From the NCBI GenBank assembly GCA_036676495.1, contig JAKFCT010000067.1:1-64000 (forward strand): a DNA stretch of 64,000 nt, written 5' to 3'. The stretch comes from Candidatus Sericytochromatia bacterium. Lineage in GTDB: Bacteria > Cyanobacteriota > Sericytochromatia > S15B-MN24 > UBA4093. The notes under the pieces are model-generated. The model worked only from the letters and a program-made list of their open reading frames with translations. It searched no databases and was not told the DNA's origin. Shown here piece after piece: positions 30,888-39,529 of this stretch (its first letter is position 1; each line of letters begins with the position of its first letter). The translations under genes were made by a program, and so were the position numbers.

Positions 30888-31012
30888 TCTGATGTGTATC
30901 CTTTCAAGCAGCACCAACTACCGGGCCGCCGCTCGGCGGCCCTTGATGGCACTCGTTTCTCAGTTGGTGTTAGGGGAAGTAGGGGATAGCAGGGTTGAAC
31001 TACACGTGAGCG

Positions 31013-31954
31013 TCACAAAGTTAGGTTTTGTAAGTCCCTCACGAGCGCTTCTTGATCCACCTTCACGTACAGCATGGTGGTTGACACAGATCCATGGCCT
31101 AGAATTTGCTGCAACTTCGGAAGAGGAATCCCTCTCTCGTTTGCACATGCTGACGCAAACGACCTTCTAAGATCATGCGGACGAACCTTGATACCCAGGC
31201 TCTTGCTTAGGCGGGCAAATCTCTTCACGAGAAGGTCTCTGGAGAGGGGCTTGCCCGTAGGGCCTAGGAAGAAGCAATCCGACGTCGATTCCGGTCGGTA
31301 GCGGACGTACAGCCTCAGGAGCGGCATCAGGTTGGCGCTGATGCCAAGAAGACGCTTGCGCCCACCCTTGCCATTTTCGACGCGGATCAGCCCCCGATCC
31401 AAGTCGATCTCAGAAGTACGCACACTACAGAACTCGGAGGCTCGCAACCCCGTGAAACAGAGAACGCAAAATACGACGCTATTGATGAGTCTTTCCAGGT
31501 CGTCGTACGCCCCCACGTCGAGTAGCTTACGGATGGCGTCCTTCATCTGATCGACCTCCAGATACGGCTGATGAGGCTGGCTCTTCGCCTTGAAGCTCAG
31601 CGACAGGATATCCTCGGCCTGCTCCCTACCGATGATTCCCACGTCCCAGAGGAACCGGGCGAACGTCTTCACGGCGTAGATCAGCTGGCGCCTCGTAGAG
31701 ACCTGCTCCACCGGGATCTGGCACAGGACGCGAATCAGGTTCGCCCTGGTGACCAGTTCGTGCAGGGACTTCTCGCCATCCGCCCCTGCCATCCGGAGGA
31801 ACTTCCGAAGGAAGCGGAGGTAGCCCGTCCTGGTGTCCTCGCGAAGGGGCTTGGGGCCGTTTCGCATGTACTCATAGAATTCGGAGATCAGGTGGAGCTG
31901 CGTCGCCATCAGGAGCGCGATGAAGAGCCCCAGGATCGCAGAGTTCAACGGCAT
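31013..31954 (-). CDS. Tyrosine recombinase (paralogue of 23241-24344, without the Xis-like HTH)
   Basis: GLRASE, GKGGRKR, HDLRR, LGHGS and TMLY. Confidence 0.92.
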   Translation of the reverse strand: MPLNSAILGLFIALLMATQLHLISEFYEYMRNGPKPLREDTRTGYLRFLRKFLRMAGADGEKSLHELVTRANLIRVLCQIPVEQVSTRRQLIYAVKTFARFLWDVGIIGREQAEDILSLSFKAKSQPHQPYLEVDQMKDAIRKLLDVGAYDDLERLINSVVFCVLCFTGLRASEFCSVRTSEIDLDRGLIRVENGKGGRKRLLGISANLMPLLRLYVRYRPESTSDCFFLGPTGKPLSRDLLVKRFARLSKSLGIKVRPHDLRRSFASACANERGIPLPKLQQILGHGSVSTTMLYVKVDQEALVRDLQNLTL

Positions 31955-32732
31955 CGTCGGCTACCTCGCCTCGGCATCACTATCACTGTTCGGTGCGTCT
32001 GCGGGCTTGCCGTCGAGCAAGATTGCAACGGCAATGGCGAGTTCGCTCCTGAGCGAGATACCCTTGTCAGTGTTCCCGAAGGGCTGATTGCGGGAATCCG
32101 CATGCAACAACCGGCTATTTCCTTGCCTCATACACGTGCTCCTTCCACCCCAGCAGGTCGCTTGCCCGTGGGGAAATGTTGACCTGCCTTGTCGAGTGGG
32201 GTAGAAGGGGAATGTGGGAAACCCCATCCGGTTCGCCGGATCGCTCTGCGGCTGTTGGCGCAGCCGCAGAGCCCTACCTCCTTGGACGTGTCAGATCCTT
32301 GTGATGACGTTCTCTACAGTATCTCTAGCTGCGGGGTTTTGATAAGAGACGGAGATTGGGCGCTCCCGGCCCATAGGCCGCTAAGGTCCAGGCGGTTCTG
32401 GACATCCGCTTCATTAAATACGGGTTAATTTTTGATTGTCTTTTGAATAATTTTTTCACTTTGCCCTAGGATATGTCCAATACCCAGGGCAAACGCTCAG
32501 GGCCCGGCCGGAATCGCTGGGTTCCTGCCCTGGGCGAAGGCAGCCGATTTCCGCCGTTTTCTAGGGCAACGCGTCCCACAAGCGGGGGGAATACTACAGC
32601 CCCCTGGACGGGCGAACCTAGAACCCGCGCCGACCACCTTTTCAAGCACACATCATCACCACGAAGGGCCCCTCGCCATCAACGCGAGGGGCCCTTCGTG
32701 GCCAATGACAGATTCCATCGCAAGGAGGCAAC

Positions 32733-33650
32733 ATGCCGAATGTCGTCCGTCTCGGCCTCCCCGGGCGCTCCGACCGCCCGCTGGCCGAGCACATCGAGGA
32801 CTTCCTCGCCGACATGCGGGCGGCCGGGAAATCCGACGCCACGCTTCGGAACTACGAGCGCGACGCCCTGGCGCTCGCCGTCTGGTACCGGGGCGACCTC
32901 GGGGCGGTGACAACCCCCGTGCTCCGGGAGTACCTTCGGGGGCTCGACCACCTAGCCCCGGCCACCCGCGCTAGGCACAGGGTCTCCATCCGGGCCCTGT
33001 TCAGGTGGGCCGCCGAGATGGGGCTGGTCGAGGCCGATCCCGCCGAGCAGCTGCCCGGGGTCAAGGTCCCCGAGGGCCAGCCGAGGGCCCTCCAACCCGG
33101 CGAGGTCGCCCGGATCCTCACCGTCATCACCGACAGGCGCGACCGCTTGCTCTTCCAGCTCATGGCCGACACCGGGGTACGGGTCTCCGAGGCTCTCTCC
33201 GTCCGCCTTGAGCGCATCAGGCTCGCGGCCCAGGAATTGACCGTCGTCGGCAAGGGCAAGCGAGAGCGCACCGTGTACCTCATCCAGACGGAGGCCCTCG
33301 GGCTGCTGCGGCGCTACCTCCGCCACCAGGGCTGGCTTGCCAAGGACGGGGAGACCATCACCGAGAAGGGGCTGCTCTTCCGCCCCGATGCTGCCAAGCA
33401 GAGAGCAGGGAAGGCCGGGCTGCCCATCCATTACACGACCATTCAGCAGCGTTGGAAGGGCTATTGCCAACTGGCCAAGGTAGACGCCACGGTCCACCAA
33501 TTACGCCATACATTCGCCACTCGGCTAGTCAACGAGGGGAAGCCCTTGGAAGTGGTCCAGAAAGTCCTCGGACACCGAAACCCAGCCACCACCCAGCGCT
33601 ACGCGGTCGTCAGCGACGAGACCGTGCGGCGTGCCCTCGCAGACGACTGA
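32733..33650 (+). CDS. XerC/D-like tyrosine recombinase
   Basis: N-terminal SAM-like domain; TGVRVSE, GKGKRER, HQLRHTFAT, LGH and TQRY; RBS AAGGAGG. Confidence 0.93.
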   Translation: MPNVVRLGLPGRSDRPLAEHIEDFLADMRAAGKSDATLRNYERDALALAVWYRGDLGAVTTPVLREYLRGLDHLAPATRARHRVSIRALFRWAAEMGLVEADPAEQLPGVKVPEGQPRALQPGEVARILTVITDRRDRLLFQLMADTGVRVSEALSVRLERIRLAAQELTVVGKGKRERTVYLIQTEALGLLRRYLRHQGWLAKDGETITEKGLLFRPDAAKQRAGKAGLPIHYTTIQQRWKGYCQLAKVDATVHQLRHTFATRLVNEGKPLEVVQKVLGHRNPATTQRYAVVSDETVRRALADD

Positions 33651-33724
33651 AACCTAAGGCAAATCCCCATCTCATTCGTCCCCAGCCCCACCGGTTGGGG
33701 ACTTCTTAGTTTTCGGAGGAGAGC

Positions 33725-34153
33725 ATGAGACACATCAAGACTTACCAAGACATCAGGACGATCATCGACGGAGGCGATCGCCGTTTCGTCGAACTCCTTT
33801 GCGACCGCATGAGCGCGGTTCAGTCTGCGTTCCGGCAGGCGGGCGCTACCTGGAACTCAGACGAATTCGGCTACTTCTGCCTCGTCGAGGAAGGCGATGA
33901 CGTGCGGGACATGCGCGATGTCGGCCTCAATCCCGAGGACCTAGGGCTCATTGGAGCCATCAAGGAGGTCGTGCTCTGGCACCCCGGGAGCCGCTGCTGG
34001 GAGGCCGTGGTCCTCTACGGCGGGGACTACGGCATGACCTTCTTCATCCCGGACGCGCCCTGGCTCGAACCCGATCTCCGGGCGGCGCTCGTCGTCGAAG
34101 CCGTACCCCACGAAGAAGCTTCCCCCAGCAGCAAGGAGGGGATGCGATTCTGA
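33725..34153 (+). CDS. Hypothetical protein
   Basis: RBS GGAGGAG; 142-aa globular-looking ORF. Confidence 0.7.
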   Translation: MRHIKTYQDIRTIIDGGDRRFVELLCDRMSAVQSAFRQAGATWNSDEFGYFCLVEEGDDVRDMRDVGLNPEDLGLIGAIKEVVLWHPGSRCWEAVVLYGGDYGMTFFIPDAPWLEPDLRAALVVEAVPHEEASPSSKEGMRF

Positions 34154-34265
34154 GGCGCTTTCATGCCCATGTCGTTCCGAGAGTGCGCATCCCAATCCGA
34201 GCTTGCCGATGCTCGGCCAAATCCCGACTACCAGTTTCCGATTCCGATTCGAAAGGAGAGATCCA

Positions 34266-34373
34266 TTGAAGGAAGCAATCCTAATCGCCAAAGTGGCTCT
34301 GGCCGTCCTGACTCTGACGGTGAAAGCCGTCGAAGCGCTCGACGATGCGCCCTGGGATGGGTGGTGGTCGTGA
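34266..34373 (+). CDS. Putative 35-aa peptide
   Basis: AAAGGAG RBS then TTG; MKEAILIAKVALAVLTLTVKAVEALDDAPWDGWWS*. The stop overlaps the next GTG (GTGA). Confidence 0.5.
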   Translation: MKEAILIAKVALAVLTLTVKAVEALDDAPWDGWWS

Positions 34374-34636
34374 TCCTGAGCTACGACCCCATCGCCGGTG
34401 AGGTCGAGGTCGACCACGAGGACGGCAGACCCAGGCTGGGCTACCCCACCCGTCGGCTCATCGTCAAGCAGTACCGAGAGGGAGGAATCCTCTTCGCCGA
34501 AGCCTCAGGGCACACCGTGGAGATCGGCATCCTGCCCGACTTCGACCCTGTGGCAAGCCCAATCCTGGTCCCCCTGGGGGGACTCCGATGGAGGGTGGAA
34601 CTCAGCTCCGGGACGACAGGCCTAGGGCCAGTCTGA
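34370..34636 (+). CDS. Small hypothetical protein
   Basis: 3' part of ORF 34163-34636; GTG coupled to the upstream stop. Confidence 0.45.
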   Translation: MILSYDPIAGEVEVDHEDGRPRLGYPTRRLIVKQYREGGILFAEASGHTVEIGILPDFDPVASPILVPLGGLRWRVELSSGTTGLGPV

Positions 34637-34958
34637 GCAAATCCTGACGCTTCTCGGGCGGTAGCGACCGGAAGATGCCGATCAGGTCCCACTCCTCGGG
34701 TTCGAGCTCGATGCCCGGCTCGTGTCCGGCCTCACGGAGTAGCTCGGCGGGTGGCACACCGAAGGCGCGGGCGAGCCTGATGACGGACATATAGGACGGT
34801 ACGAACGACTTGCCGCTGTGCGCGTCGATGCCGCGTTCGATCTCGCCTAGGCGCCCGAATGAGAGTCCCGATCGATTTGCAGCTTCCCTGAGGGTCCAGC
34901 CCTTCTTCTGGCGAAGCTCGTATATGAGGTCACCGAAGGACCTCCGCTCGTCTGACAT
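34602..34958 (-). CDS. XRE-family HTH transcriptional regulator
   Basis: FGDLIYELRQKKGWTLREAANRSGLSFGRLGEIERG. Confidence 0.9.
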   Translation of the reverse strand: MSDERRSFGDLIYELRQKKGWTLREAANRSGLSFGRLGEIERGIDAHSGKSFVPSYMSVIRLARAFGVPPAELLREAGHEPGIELEPEEWDLIGIFRSLPPEKRQDLLRLALGLSSRS

Positions 34959-35099
34959 ACGTCCAGTCTGCCGGACGAACCTTGTGTGGTTTCCGCACAA
35001 ACGAGGTAAAATATCCCTCGATCGCTAGCAGGGCAGGTTGGCCTGACGAGCAGATGCCCATCTTCACGAAATTGCCCCCCTCTCAGAAAGGAGATTCCT

Positions 35100-35294
35100 G
35101 TGTTCAAGTATGTTCAGTGGGTCGTGTTCCTACTGATTTTCGTACCAAGCGTATTCCTTGGAAACGCAAACGACGGTCTTGGAGTCAAGCTCGTACTAGG
35201 CTTTGTACTTGCAACCGTTGGCACATTTATTGCCACTCTGTTCCTCAGGCCGGTGTGGAACATGTTCGCCGGGATGTTCGGCGGCCAAGACTGA
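35100..35294 (+). CDS. Small two-TM membrane protein
   Basis: AAAGGAG RBS then GTG; two hydrophobic helices. Confidence 0.6.
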   Translation: MFKYVQWVVFLLIFVPSVFLGNANDGLGVKLVLGFVLATVGTFIATLFLRPVWNMFAGMFGGQD

Positions 35295-35377
35295 CGTCAA
35301 AGGCAGAATAGGCGCTCAACAACCGCCAATTCCCGGCCATAAGCTACATTATCCGACTACCTACACTCCTCACAAAC

Positions 35378-35417
35378 AAAGGTCCGTCAGTCGCAAACCC
35401 TGACGGACCTTTTCTTT
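35378..35417. terminator. Bidirectional terminator
   Basis: aaaggtccgtcag...ctgacggacctttt between convergent genes. Confidence 0.7.
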
Positions 35418-35446
35418 CGGGCTTCTCCGCCCACTACCTACCCTTC

Positions 35447-36094
35447 CTAAGGCGCAAGCGTAGGGGCTACGGATCTATCTATGAGCTTGCCTTGAGCGTG
35501 AGCAGCTTTAATTACATTTCCGTTGGCCGTAAAAACTTGAATGCCGGGCACAGTTACGTAGTCACCATCATCAGTAACGACTTGAAGGATCCCTGCTCTA
35601 TTCATAGTTTCGATCATGAACAAGTCGTATCCATCCAGCAATTGAGTTTCAAAACGGTCCAGCGCCTTATCTGAGAGCGTGGAATCAATCGTGATATCCA
35701 ACTCGCTTGCCATAGACTTAACTTGCGTCCATGCAAGATTCACTTCATCATAAACATCTTTTCGCAAGTGAGGGAGGTTGTGGCGAAACTCTTTAGGCTT
35801 TACAGGGCCATTTGCCTTCTCATAAATTTCTCGCTCTGTCTTTTCAATTAAGTGTGATAATTCAGACAATGAAAGAGCAATATGATGAAGTTTCGATTTA
35901 TTACTCAAAGCTTTCCGCATATACGCAGGATAAATTCTAGCTTGGTATCCCGAGTAGGGTGAAACACTTACACTTGCCTTGGTGTAAGTCATCCAGTACC
36001 AAACGTTGGTATCGACCCAGAAAGTATCACTTGGCTTTGGGATATCCGAGCGGATATCCACAACGTCTGCGACGATAGTATAATTTACGGCCAC
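35447..36094 (-). CDS. PIN domain ribonuclease
   Basis: Acidic PIN active site: VDTNVW, LSEL, DGYD and VTDDGDY. Confidence 0.88.
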   Translation of the reverse strand: MAVNYTIVADVVDIRSDIPKPSDTFWVDTNVWYWMTYTKASVSVSPYSGYQARIYPAYMRKALSNKSKLHHIALSLSELSHLIEKTEREIYEKANGPVKPKEFRHNLPHLRKDVYDEVNLAWTQVKSMASELDITIDSTLSDKALDRFETQLLDGYDLFMIETMNRAGILQVVTDDGDYVTVPGIQVFTANGNVIKAAHAQGKLIDRSVAPTLAP

Positions 36095-36097
36095 GCG

Positions 36098-36460
36098 TTA
36101 TAGCGCCTCTTGCTCATTAATTACTTTATCAAGTATCTGCCTGTGCTCGGAATTTGCATAATACTCGGCAGCATTCCTTAGTACTAAGTCGAGCACGCTT
36201 CTACCATCTGCTCGGATATTAGATACAATGAGGCGTTCCCGTAAATCTACCGGGTCAACATCTTTAAGAAGGCGACCAATTGCCGAGTTGAAAAATGGGG
36301 AAGCAAATATTGTCACGCCCAAGAAATCAATCTCGACGCACTTTCCAGCAATTATGTCGGGCGCTATTAAGTCGTAGACTTTATTTCCATCTTCAAGCGT
36401 AATAGCATGCTCGCCGACAACTTTGAGCAGTTCCATTTTCATCAGAATCATCTCATTCAC
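36098..36460 (-). CDS. STAS-like (DUF4325) protein
   Basis: VEIDFLGVTIFASPFFNSAIGRL, with a Ser at the usual STAS phospho-acceptor region. Confidence 0.85.
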   Translation of the reverse strand: MNEMILMKMELLKVVGEHAITLEDGNKVYDLIAPDIIAGKCVEIDFLGVTIFASPFFNSAIGRLLKDVDPVDLRERLIVSNIRADGRSVLDLVLRNAAEYYANSEHRQILDKVINEQEAL

Positions 36461-37350
36461 TAGAAAAGCGGCTGGTTCACAACCTCGGAAGCAAAGTGGT
36501 AATAGGCCTCATTGCAAGTTAACGAAATGTTAAATATCGTCCCTTGGAAGCTACTCTGCCTCGCCTCGTAGATCTCTTGGCTGCTATCTATTCTAGCATA
36601 GCCATCGTTGCTATAAACCTCTAGGCTGCCCGAGTTCGCTTTAACAAAGGCTTTCAGCAAATCTAAACCGAGACCTCTGCCAATGCCGCCAGAGTTGGTA
36701 GAAGCCCCCCTCTGAAAAGCCCAACGCATGCAGCTATCCGACCTCAAGCCTGTGGCGCCTTGTAGTTGAGCGAAATAGTTCCTGACTCTGGTCGGAATTC
36801 CTATACCAAAATCCACTACGGATAGCTTCAACTCCCCCATTTGTGGGAAGTGCTGCCCACAACTGTAGATTCCGACTTGTGAGTGCCCATGTTCGGCAGC
36901 GTTGGCGTAAATCTCCCAAACCCTACCTACAATGGCATCTCCTAATAATGGACTAATGTGGACCCAGCCACGTCCAAGCCAACTCACCTTTAGAAAATTC
37001 ACAATATCGCTCGCGACAAGCACTCTATCTTCGCGATAAGGGACAGAATTTCCGCTATTGAAACTTACAAAATTCCCGAAAGCCGGCATGAAACCATTTT
37101 TCATCAGAGTATTACGGACACTTACGTGAAGAGTATCCCAGAGAAAGTGGACTCTCCCACCACGAGATTCCACTAGGCGTGCTAATCCCCCTAAGAATGC
37201 AACAGCATTAGGGCGCAAGAAGCGACATATGGAAAAATCAAACCTGTACTCTTCGAACCAGAAATCGCATTGACTAGCAACGAAAAAAAGGCGGTCAAAG
37301 TCGGACGATTGATCGTTGATGGTTGGAATATAAACAGTCTTCAATGTCAA
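36460..37350 (-). CDS. RsbW/SpoIIAB-like HATPase_c protein with N-terminal STAS-like region
   Basis: N box WEIYANAAEHG, G1 VVDFGIGIP and G2 GRGLGL; no HisKA His box; N-terminal DFSICRFLRPNAVAFL. Confidence 0.85.
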   Translation of the reverse strand: MTLKTVYIPTINDQSSDFDRLFFVASQCDFWFEEYRFDFSICRFLRPNAVAFLGGLARLVESRGGRVHFLWDTLHVSVRNTLMKNGFMPAFGNFVSFNSGNSVPYREDRVLVASDIVNFLKVSWLGRGWVHISPLLGDAIVGRVWEIYANAAEHGHSQVGIYSCGQHFPQMGELKLSVVDFGIGIPTRVRNYFAQLQGATGLRSDSCMRWAFQRGASTNSGGIGRGLGLDLLKAFVKANSGSLEVYSNDGYARIDSSQEIYEARQSSFQGTIFNISLTCNEAYYHFASEVVNQPLF

Positions 37351-37724
37351 CCCTCAGCCAGGCTACTTATGAGCGCTCTTGTATCAACATCAAGATTACT
37401 TTGGATCCGATCATACACCAAGCAAGCGTCTTTATGCGCTTGGTTCTGGCACTGCACTTGAGCATGTGAGACATCCGAATCAAGGTTCAGAGAGTTCATC
37501 GCAGACCTCGTGGTTGCAACCATCGACACCTTTGTCGTCACAATCGTCCTCAAGCCATTCTTGAAAATGTTCGACGGAATGTCCGGCAAGGACTGGCGCC
37601 CATGCTGACTCGAAAAGCCCACACGTTTGGACTCAGGCCAGACACCATGACAAGTAAAAAATAAAGTCGAAAACCGGTGTACAGGTCTAATAGACGCCTG
37701 ACGCTTTGCTTTGCTACCTAAGTC

Positions 37725-37767
37725 CTGTTAATCACTAGGTCGCTGGTTCGAGTCCAGCACGCGGAGC
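37725..37767 (+). repeat. attR core (43-bp direct repeat of tRNA-Asn 3' half)
   Basis: Identical to 21825-21867; followed by a terminator at 37770-37813. Confidence 0.95.
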
Positions 37768-37931
37768 CTAAAAGCAGAAGGGTCCCGGGAATCCCGGGAC
37801 CCTTCTGCTTTTTGCCTTGGCCTCGCTTCCCTTGCATCTTTCACCCCTCTAGTCTTTTCCGACGCCCCTCTGTACTGTCCGGACTCCTCCTCGTTGTATC
37901 GTGAGGAGGTCACGCGCCGGAGGATGATGCC

Positions 37932-38171
37932 ATGACGGCAAAAGCAGGTGAGCGGGCCCTGGAAACTGGCACCTTCCACTGCGACCTTTGTAGTCATACG
38001 GTTCGGGTGGAAAAGGGCCAGGTCATCCCGCCATGCCCATGTGGCGGTGGGTACGGAAGCCGAACGAACGAGCCCAAGCCGCCCGAACCGGAATTTCGGG
38101 CAGCGATGCCTGAACAGGCGGATCAGAAGCGAAACCTCGAGCGGCTCACGCGACGGAGCGATTCTCTATGA
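37932..38171 (+). CDS. Small zinc-ribbon protein
   Basis: KAGE..ETGTFHCDLC...IPPCPC; RBS GGAGG; stop overlaps the next ATG. Confidence 0.7.
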   Translation: MTAKAGERALETGTFHCDLCSHTVRVEKGQVIPPCPCGGGYGSRTNEPKPPEPEFRAAMPEQADQKRNLERLTRRSDSL

Positions 38172-39529
38172 GCATGCGCGTTGCCATCGCAGGGGGCGGG
38201 CTAGCCGGTCTAACCTGCGCCAAGTACCTGGTCGATGCCGGATGCGATGTGCAGCTCTATGAGGGCATGCCCTTCCTAGGCGGACGGGCATCGACGTATC
38301 GGGATCCGGACGGGGAGTGGGTTGAGCAGGGCCTACACCTGTTCTTAGGTACCTACTCTGAGTTCAAGGCCTTGCTGCGTTCAATCGGGCAGGCGCCGGA
38401 CGAGGTCCTCTGCTGGATGGACGAGATTCGCTTCCAGGACCCCGAGGGCCCACAGGCGCGCTTCGGGATCAATCCCTTTAGCAATCCCGTCAAGACAGCA
38501 CTGAGCTTCCTCGGCCAAAACGATTACCTGGATCCGCTGGACAAGATCTCGCTCTTGCCGCTCGTCGCACCAGCCCTCTTGGACTTCGATTACCTACAGC
38601 GAGAACATGACGACAAAACCGTTACCGACTGGTGGCGACGCCTGGGCGGCACCCCCAACGTCCTGGAGCGATACCTGCGTCCGTTCTGCCGAGCCATCCA
38701 GTTCACCGATCCGGATGACTTCTCGGCCTTCAATTTCCTCGGCTGGGTCCACCATACGGCATATGATCTCGCCCATGCCTATGCCGGTGGGTATCGCGGC
38801 CCTCGCGACGAGACGATCTTCAAGCCACTCGCCTCTTACCTGGAACAGCGAGGTGCATTGCTTCGCACCGGGGTTCGACTCGAAGGGGTCGACTTCGATG
38901 TCGCGCGGGGCCGCGTGGCAGCCTTTCACCTTTCCGACGGCAACCGGATCACGGCAGATGCCTTCGTCCTTGCGCTGCCTGCCTGGTCAGTGGCGCCGAT
39001 CCTGCCTCCAGCCTTGCGCGAAGATCCGTTCTTCTCGAAGATTGCCAGCCTCCCCATCTCTCCGGCGATCTCCGTCCAGCTCTGGTTTGATGGGAGCGTC
39101 ATTGATTCTGCCGATTACACGCTCGTGGCCCGCTCCATTGCCTCTGTCTACCAAGATCAATCGACGAACGCCTATCCGGATCCGCGAGGGAGCCGGGTCT
39201 CGATCATCGTCTCACCGGCTGATGATTGGCTCGACCTTGATGACGCAGAGATTCTCGACGAGGTCCTTAGGGTGCTCGAACAGGTGCAACCGCCCGTCCG
39301 AGGGGCAACCTTGCGTAAGTCCGTGGTCCTGAAACACCGGTCCCACTTGATCCGCCCCTTGCCAGGAGCAATGTCCCAGCGGCCCACCCAGCATACTCCA
39401 GTACCGAATCTTTTCTTAGCTGGCGATTGGACCCAGCAAGACTACTTCGGAAGTCAGGAGGGAGCCGTACGGAGCGGCAAGAGCTGCGCGGACACCTTGC
39501 TGGCGAGATGGCTGGATGTGTCGTCCTGA
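38168..39529 (+). CDS. FAD-dependent oxidoreductase, phytoene/zeta-carotene desaturase-like
   Basis: GGGLAGL, GGRASTYRDPDGEWVEQGLHLFLG and NLFLAGDWT.Q.Y..SQEGAVRSG. Confidence 0.85.
   Translation: MSMRVAIAGGGLAGLTCAKYLVDAGCDVQLYEGMPFLGGRASTYRDPDGEWVEQGLHLFLGTYSEFKALLRSIGQAPDEVLCWMDEIRFQDPEGPQARFGINPFSNPVKTALSFLGQNDYLDPLDKISLLPLVAPALLDFDYLQREHDDKTVTDWWRRLGGTPNVLERYLRPFCRAIQFTDPDDFSAFNFLGWVHHTAYDLAHAYAGGYRGPRDETIFKPLASYLEQRGALLRTGVRLEGVDFDVARGRVAAFHLSDGNRITADAFVLALPAWSVAPILPPALREDPFFSKIASLPISPAISVQLWFDGSVIDSADYTLVARSIASVYQDQSTNAYPDPRGSRVSIIVSPADDWLDLDDAEILDEVLRVLEQVQPPVRGATLRKSVVLKHRSHLIRPLPGAMSQRPTQHTPVPNLFLAGDWTQQDYFGSQEGAVRSGKSCADTLLARWLDVSS

Larger units (their letters stand above)
21825..37767. 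mobile_element. 15.9-kb integrative element / genomic island in tRNA-Asn
   Basis: Exact 43-bp terminal direct repeats, three tyrosine recombinases, DUF3631-like NTPase, XRE regulator and AT-richer cargo. Confidence 0.92.

Noticed and set aside
36460-37350. Two-component sensor histidine kinase
   Set aside because: No HisKA phospho-acceptor or TM segments and no response regulator nearby; the neighbouring gene is a STAS protein.
21825-37767. Prophage, ICE, integron or shufflon
   Set aside because: No structural, terminase, relaxase or T4SS genes; no IntI-type features or attC array; no set of inverted sfx-like sites found by eye.
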